Shown: in pieces, positions 58,657-64,000 of the stretch
How positions within the stretch are numbered: the first letter of the stretch is position 1
How the letters are laid out: each line of letters opens with the position of its first letter
DNA from: an uncultured Acidobacteriota bacterium
GTDB taxonomy: Bacteria; Acidobacteriota; Thermoanaerobaculia; Gp7-AA8
NCBI GenBank assembly: GCA_963741955.1
Contig: CAVUKB010000001.1
Location: 224,001 to 288,000, forward strand
DNA length: 64,000 bases
Reading direction: 5' to 3'
The notes under the pieces: generated by a model
Database searches by the model: none
The model's input: only the letters and a program-made list of their open reading frames with translations
What the model was told of the DNA's origin: nothing
Made by a program: the position numbers and the translations under genes

Positions 58657-59808
58657 ATGCCTCCGGCCTCCCGATTCAGATCGCAGTTCGACGACTCGAA
58701 GGCCAAGCCGGGTGGAGATGGCGAGCCCGGCTTCACCGTCGTCGCGAAGCGTCTGCAAAATTGGTTCCGGAAATCCGCGCGGGATCTCCCGTGGCGCGGC
58801 CGCTACGATCCGTGGCAGGTCTGGGTCTCGGAGATCATGGCCCAGCAGACGCGCATCGAGGTGGTGGTGGAGTATTTCGACGGTTTCATCGCCCGCTTTC
58901 CGGATGTGCGAAGCCTCGCCGCGGCGACGGTGGACGAAGTTCTCGCGGCCTGGTCGGGGCTCGGATACTACCGGCGTGCGCGACTCCTGCACGCCGGAGC
59001 CGGGAACGTGGTGGAGCGATTCGGAGGTGAGATTCCGTCTGAGCCCGACCTGCTGCGGTCGATCCCGGGCATCGGCCGATACACGGCGGGGGCCATCGCA
59101 TCGATCGCCTTCGGCAAGCCTGCGCCGATCGTGGATGGGAACGTCTCCCGGCTCCTTGGACGCCTCTATCTGATCGATCTCGCACCGGGAAGCGCGCGCG
59201 AGGAGATCGAATGGCGGATCGCATCATCTCTGGTGCAGGTCGCGGAGAGTCCGGGGAGGCTGAATGAAGCTCTGATGGAGATGGGGAGCACGGTCTGCCG
59301 CCGCGTGGCACCGGAGTGTGACGTCTGCGTCCTCGCGGACCTCTGTCGCGCCCGTGCCGCAGCGCGCGTCGACGAGCTTCCGATCCCGCGGGCTCGCCCC
59401 GAGCCGGTCCGTCTCACGATTCCTCTCTTCGTCGTCCAGGACGATGACGGTCGTATTCTCTTCCGCCGCGAAGCGGGTGCGCTGATGCGCTCCATGCTCC
59501 ACCTTCCGCACGGCAATTCTTCACTCCTTCCGTTCTCTTCGAGCGCGTTCGTCCCGGAACGAAGGCTCGGTTCGTTCCGGCACACCATCACTCACCGGCG
59601 AATCGAATTCGAAGTCTGCACGGCGTCACCGACGGGAGAGGTGCGGGAGAGCGCGGGCGAGATGCTCTGGCTGTTTCCGGCGGAGCTCGAAGAGCACGGA
59701 CATCCATCGTACGTCGAGAAAGCTCTGCGCATCTGGGCGGAAGCGCAGAATGGAGAGGCAGCGAACATTCGGAACGCGAATCAGCGAGAGGAGAGAGGGG
59801 AGCGATGA
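58657..59808 (+). CDS. mutY: A/G-specific adenine glycosylase
   Basis: RDLPWR, WVSEIM.QQT, W.GLGYY.RAR, PGIG.YTAGAI, DGNV.R, 4Fe-4S CX6CX2CX5C. Confidence 0.95.
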   Translation: MPPASRFRSQFDDSKAKPGGDGEPGFTVVAKRLQNWFRKSARDLPWRGRYDPWQVWVSEIMAQQTRIEVVVEYFDGFIARFPDVRSLAAATVDEVLAAWSGLGYYRRARLLHAGAGNVVERFGGEIPSEPDLLRSIPGIGRYTAGAIASIAFGKPAPIVDGNVSRLLGRLYLIDLAPGSAREEIEWRIASSLVQVAESPGRLNEALMEMGSTVCRRVAPECDVCVLADLCRARAAARVDELPIPRARPEPVRLTIPLFVVQDDDGRILFRREAGALMRSMLHLPHGNSSLLPFSSSAFVPERRLGSFRHTITHRRIEFEVCTASPTGEVRESAGEMLWLFPAELEEHGHPSYVEKALRIWAEAQNGEAANIRNANQREERGER

Positions 59809-62579
59809 ACAGACCAACTACGCGGTGGGGGGGAGTGCTGCAAGTTGTTTTCTCAATGTCGCTCCTGGCGTTTTTCGGCGTGGATGCACATGCCGGCTGC
59901 AACTGGTCGTCTCGATACAGCGGGGCCTACCGCCACTCCGCGCTCGACGTCTTCGTCGACGGGAACGATCTCTGGTCCGCGACCTCGTACGGAGTGACGC
60001 TCTACGACCGGACCATCGATCCTCCCCGGCCGATCGGTTCCGTGGAGGTGCCGGGACCGACGTCGCGTGTCCGTGCCGGGGGAGGGTTCGCGTGGGCCGC
60101 GAGCGGATCGTCGATCTACGCGATCCGCAAGGGTACGTTCCCCGTCCTGGCGGGCGCGGTCGATACCGGGGGGACGATCAATGATCTCCTCTACTCGCCT
60201 CCCTACCTCTACGCAGCGACCACGGACGGCATCGTTCAGATCGATCTCCTGGTGTCGGACCAGCCTCTCGTCGCAGGCCGCCTCTCCACGACCGCGGGTG
60301 GCGCGAAGTCTCTGACGCTCCTCAACGGTGTTCTCTACGCCGCGGATGGCGACGCGACTCTGGACGTCTATTCACTGGCGGTGCCGTCACTGCCACAGAA
60401 GATCGGAACCATCGACACGCTTCCGCGGGCGTCGTTCGTGGCGACGATCGGCGATCGGCTACTCGCATCGGACGGATTCCAGACGGATGTCTTTTCCGGC
60501 TCGGGAACGGCCATGTCCCGTCAGGCGCGGATGAGCGAGGTCGGTGCGGTCGGATTGTTTCCTTCGACGGCGCAGGTGGGATTCATCGCGGACGGGAACC
60601 GGCGGCTCAGGGCGGTGGATCTCACCGATCCCACGCGCCCTTCGATCCTCTTTTCGTGGGACCTCATCCCCTCGGGTGGCACCGTGACGCGATTCACAGC
60701 CATCACCGGAGCGGGCGGACGCCTGTACGCCGCGGCCGGTGATTCGGGAGTGGTGACGTTCCGGATGAACGGATTCGAATCTCCTTATCCCCTTCGCGAA
60801 TACGGCATCGGAGCGACTTCGAGCATCGCCTCGTTCGCCGATCGAGTGGTTCTCGCGTCCGATGCCGGTGGTCTGATCGAGATGATGCGCTCCAACGGAC
60901 TCCTCGTACCGTCGAGATCGTGGGATGCACCGAGAGTCTCGACGATCCGCGACTCGGATCCGGGGAAGGTTCTCTCTTCCTCCGGTGCGCAGCTCTTCCT
61001 GTGGGATCTCACGCCTTCGATACCGGTACTCTCTTCGACCGCGACCTTTCCCTCTGGGGTCAGGGCAGCAGTCCTGTCCGGGAACGGGGCATGGGCGGCG
61101 CTCACGGACGGCTCACTCTGGAAAGCCGATTTCTCGCTTCCGTCCGCCACGCTGACGAGAGTCGACGTTACGGGCTTTTCACCATCGTTTCTTGCGCGAA
61201 GCGGAGCGTCGATCGCGTCTGCGGAGCTGGAGCCGGACGGAACGACGAGAGTGCGTTACTTTCCGGACGGAGATCTCTCGGCGCCGCAGCAGGGAGTGAG
61301 CTTCGAGGGAGCGACGGTGAGCGGGATCGCGCTGAATGCGGCTGGAACGGTCGCCGGCGCGACGTTCAAAGGAATCAGCGTCGCTCGCTTCGGTACAACG
61401 GGTGGGGTTCAGGTACTTCCAGGCAGCGCCACCGGTCCGATCCGGGCTCTGGCTCTTCAGGGTGACATCCTTGCGGCATCGACTTCCAATCAGCTTCAGC
61501 TCTGGAACGTCGCCTCCGGCACGCTCGTCCGGAGTCTTCCTCTTCCGTCCGATGCTCGCGCCGCTTCCGCATTTCCGGCCTCGCCGTTTCGAGTCGACGT
61601 CGCGACCTCTTCGGGAGTGGTCTCGGCCATCGATTCTCCCTCCAGCGTTCTTCCGGAGTTGATCCCCGCCACCTCGACCAACAGCTACTACCGCTCCATC
61701 GCCGCTGGCCCCGACGTTCTCTGGCTCGCGTCCGATTCCGGAGTGGCGGCGTACGACATGGACGGCGTGCAGCCACATCTGCGGACGCTCCAGTCCGTAC
61801 CGGGTGCGGTCGGCGTCGCGTCGGTCGGCGATCTGGCCTACGTTCTGACGACATCTCTCGAGGTCGAGGTGTTCGATGCTTCCGGGCGGTTGATCCGGCG
61901 GGCGAGCGTGGCGGAAGGGAACGATGTTGTTCCGCTGGGAATCGCGAACGGTGCCGGCGCGGTATGGGTCTCCATCTCCCGCGGATGCCTCAGCGGCTCG
62001 TGCGAGAAGACGACTCTCGTGCTGGATCCCGCGACGCTGCAGCAGACCTCGTCGATGAGCGGCGAGGTCGTCGATGCAGTGCTGGCGGCGCCGGATGCGT
62101 TCGTCCTCTCCGCACTCCCTGACGAGATTCGTGTGGTGAACGTCGCCGGTCCGCTCCACCCGCTGATCCGGCGTTCCCGTCCCTCCGAAGGAAGCGCAGT
62201 CTCGATCGCGTATTCGGGGAACGCCGGGGCGATCTACACGCTCGGCGAACGGCTTCTCGTGTACGACGAGATCTCTCTTTCTCAGATCGGGACACTTCTC
62301 GACCCGTGGAGCCGCGACGACAGTGGCCGGGTCTCGTTCGTCGACCAGCGGGTGCGGATCCACGACGGCTGCGCAATCGTGGCGGGACGCTCGTTTGCGC
62401 CGGCGCTGTTCCAGATCCGGGACGCGGTGAGCTGGGATCCGGTGAGTGCGCCTTCCGTTCCCGCGGCGGTACGCGCCATCGCGAGTTCGCCGGGAACCTT
62501 TTTCCTTCTGAGCGACTATTCTCTCGAGGTGTGGAGCACGCAGCCGCCACCGGTCCACCGCCGGAGCGTCGAGCGCTGA
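59805..62579 (+). CDS. Large secreted beta-propeller / LVIVD-like repeat protein
   Basis: Signal peptide; repeated LY.A..D.G...D...P..P units; basic C-terminal PPPVHRRSVER. Confidence 0.75.
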   Translation: MNRPTTRWGGVLQVVFSMSLLAFFGVDAHAGCNWSSRYSGAYRHSALDVFVDGNDLWSATSYGVTLYDRTIDPPRPIGSVEVPGPTSRVRAGGGFAWAASGSSIYAIRKGTFPVLAGAVDTGGTINDLLYSPPYLYAATTDGIVQIDLLVSDQPLVAGRLSTTAGGAKSLTLLNGVLYAADGDATLDVYSLAVPSLPQKIGTIDTLPRASFVATIGDRLLASDGFQTDVFSGSGTAMSRQARMSEVGAVGLFPSTAQVGFIADGNRRLRAVDLTDPTRPSILFSWDLIPSGGTVTRFTAITGAGGRLYAAAGDSGVVTFRMNGFESPYPLREYGIGATSSIASFADRVVLASDAGGLIEMMRSNGLLVPSRSWDAPRVSTIRDSDPGKVLSSSGAQLFLWDLTPSIPVLSSTATFPSGVRAAVLSGNGAWAALTDGSLWKADFSLPSATLTRVDVTGFSPSFLARSGASIASAELEPDGTTRVRYFPDGDLSAPQQGVSFEGATVSGIALNAAGTVAGATFKGISVARFGTTGGVQVLPGSATGPIRALALQGDILAASTSNQLQLWNVASGTLVRSLPLPSDARAASAFPASPFRVDVATSSGVVSAIDSPSSVLPELIPATSTNSYYRSIAAGPDVLWLASDSGVAAYDMDGVQPHLRTLQSVPGAVGVASVGDLAYVLTTSLEVEVFDASGRLIRRASVAEGNDVVPLGIANGAGAVWVSISRGCLSGSCEKTTLVLDPATLQQTSSMSGEVVDAVLAAPDAFVLSALPDEIRVVNVAGPLHPLIRRSRPSEGSAVSIAYSGNAGAIYTLGERLLVYDEISLSQIGTLLDPWSRDDSGRVSFVDQRVRIHDGCAIVAGRSFAPALFQIRDAVSWDPVSAPSVPAAVRAIASSPGTFFLLSDYSLEVWSTQPPPVHRRSVER

Positions 62580-62615
62580 TGTTCAGCAGGCCGCCGGTCA
62601 CAGTATGATTCACGA

Positions 62616-63374
62616 ATGAAAAAGATCCGCGTCTCGACTACGTCCGACACCTTCTCGATCGAGCTCGACGCGCCTCCTCTGAATATCCTCGACATCGGAA
62701 TGCTCGAGGAGCTGAGGGACGCTCTCGACGAGGTGGACTCCGACCGCCATCTGGTGGTGATCTCTGCGGCGGGCGAAAAGACATTCTCCGCCGGCGCTTC
62801 GGTGACGGACCATCTCGGCGAGAACGTCGCTACGATGCTCCGCGTCTTTCACGACTGTTTCCGCCGTCTTTCACGACTCGAAGTGGTCTCGGTCGCCCTG
62901 GTCAAAGGGGTAGCGCTGGGGGGAGGATGCGAGCTCGCGTTGGGATGCGACTTCGTGCTGGCCTCGGATCAGGCGATGTTCGGTCAGCCGGAGATCAACC
63001 TCGGAGTCTTTCCGCCCGTCGCGGCCTGGCAGTTGTCCCATCAGATCTCGCCTCGCCGCGGCCTGGAAATGATTCTGGCGGGCGATTCGATCGACGGGGC
63101 CACGGCGCTGCAGCTGGGAATGGTGAACGCCGTCTTCGGCATCGCGGAGTTCGATGCGCGAGCCGAGGCGTGGCTTGCCCGGCTGCGCCGCCACAGCGGG
63201 TCGTCACTCCGTCTCGCGAAGAGGGCTTTCCGGATGGCTTCCGCCGAGGACTTCGAAGTGAGACTCGAGCGAATCGAACGGATGTATCTGGATGAGCTGA
63301 TGACTACGGACGATGCGAACGAGGGCCTCGCTGCGTTTCTCGGGAAACGGCGTCCGGAGTGGAAGCACCGCTGA
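62616..63374 (+). CDS. Enoyl-CoA hydratase/crotonase family (resembles cyclohexadienoyl-CoA hydratase)
   Basis: FSAGA, ALGGGCELAL.CD, GQPEINLGVFPP, EGL.AFL.KR.P.W. Confidence 0.9.
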   Translation: MKKIRVSTTSDTFSIELDAPPLNILDIGMLEELRDALDEVDSDRHLVVISAAGEKTFSAGASVTDHLGENVATMLRVFHDCFRRLSRLEVVSVALVKGVALGGGCELALGCDFVLASDQAMFGQPEINLGVFPPVAAWQLSHQISPRRGLEMILAGDSIDGATALQLGMVNAVFGIAEFDARAEAWLARLRRHSGSSLRLAKRAFRMASAEDFEVRLERIERMYLDELMTTDDANEGLAAFLGKRRPEWKHR

Positions 63375-63419
63375 ATCGCGCTCCGCTGCAGAAATCCCGT
63401 GAATAGTCCGGGTTAAGGA

Positions 63420-63637
63420 CAATGGCCCGAACTCAAGGGGCACTGTCGCTGTTCATAGAGCAGATGCGCGGAGTTACTGCGCATCTGCCGCAGGTGTCGT
63501 CTCGTTGCGTTCTGAAGGCGATCTGCGCGGCCACGGCGGGAGCCGTGGCGCCCCTCGGAGAGGGGATCCTTCGCTGCCCAGCAAGCTCGCGCCGACTCCC
63601 GGCTGACACGCGGATCTTGCTTAAGTTCGGGCCATTG
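63420..63637. mobile_element. 218-bp MITE with IS4-like TIRs and a 10-bp TSD
   Basis: CAATGGCCCGAACT(C/T)AAG 18-bp TIR with 1 mismatch; GGGTTAAGGA duplicated at 63410-63419 and 63638-63647. Confidence 0.9.
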
Positions 63638-63651
63638 GGGTTAAGGACCCG

Positions 63652-63999
63652 TCACTCGTCCTGTTTCGCGAACGTGACGGTCAGCGAGTCGCTGAACTGG
63701 ATGGTCACCGTCTTCCCCGGGGTAGCGAAGGTGAGAAAGTCGACCGTGACGACGACCCCGGAGCTCTTGTCACCACACGCGACGGGCATGGGACGGACCA
63801 CCCGCAGCTCACCGAGCTGCTCGGCAACTTGCCGCCCGCTGTCGTCGAGCCATTTCACGGGAGGACTCTTCTTCGCGTCGATCGCCTTCGACAGAGCCTG
63901 GGCTTCCTGGAAGGTCATCATGCCGGTCAGGAGGGTCAGAATCTGCCTCCGCTCCTGTTTGCGTGCGACGTATTTGTTGACGCATGCGGCGTTGGCGGA
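63652..63999 (-). CDS. Hypothetical, probably secreted protein; 5' end lies outside the window
   Basis: Frame stays open from 63999 (SANAACVNKYVARK...) to the stop at 63652. Confidence 0.65.
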   Translation of the reverse strand, partial: SANAACVNKYVARKQERRQILTLLTGMMTFQEAQALSKAIDAKKSPPVKWLDDSGRQVAEQLGELRVVRPMPVACGDKSSGVVVTVDFLTFATPGKTVTIQFSDSLTVTFAKQDE

Positions 64000-64000
64000 G

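Noticed and set aside
1-64000. tRNA (including selC), rRNA or prophage genes
   Set aside because: I recognised no cloverleaf, rRNA-like sequence or phage hallmark genes by eye; tRNAscan/Infernal would be needed to exclude them.

Overview
A GC-rich bacterial chromosomal window. Gene content and style suggest Acidobacteriota, possibly Thermoanaerobaculia-like; this is an inference. Housekeeping genes are ftsQ-ftsA-ftsZ, guaA, selA, tsaE, nnr, an RluA-family gene, namZ, mogA/moaB, queA, nadE and mutY. Accessory loci are: (i) two tandem coiled-coil OmpA_C paralogs; (ii) a receptor-less CheB*/CheR/PAS fusion with a soluble histidine kinase and NarL regulator, divergent from an intact zinc-ribbon CheB; (iii) a lower-GC islet encoding a secreted pre-pro-protein with a 10-Cys C-terminal peptide plus a 44-aa membrane peptide missed by the ORF track; (iv) a collapsed island of LuxR, DndD/Rad50-like, DndE-like and IS66 remnants; and (v) a gas-vesicle cluster with no gvpN/O/C in the window, carrying a GET3/ArsA-type tandem ATPase fused in frame to a GvpF/L domain. 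Locus (v) is the best candidate for an undescribed system. Intergenic DNA holds several nested MITE families with visible TIRs/TSDs, REP-like palindromes, inverted 7-bp tracts and a 44/88-bp inverted tandem array. Many genes look leaderless, and four accessory units have sigma-54-like promoters. I recognised no rRNA, tRNA or CRISPR array. All family calls come from motif recognition by eye, not database searches.
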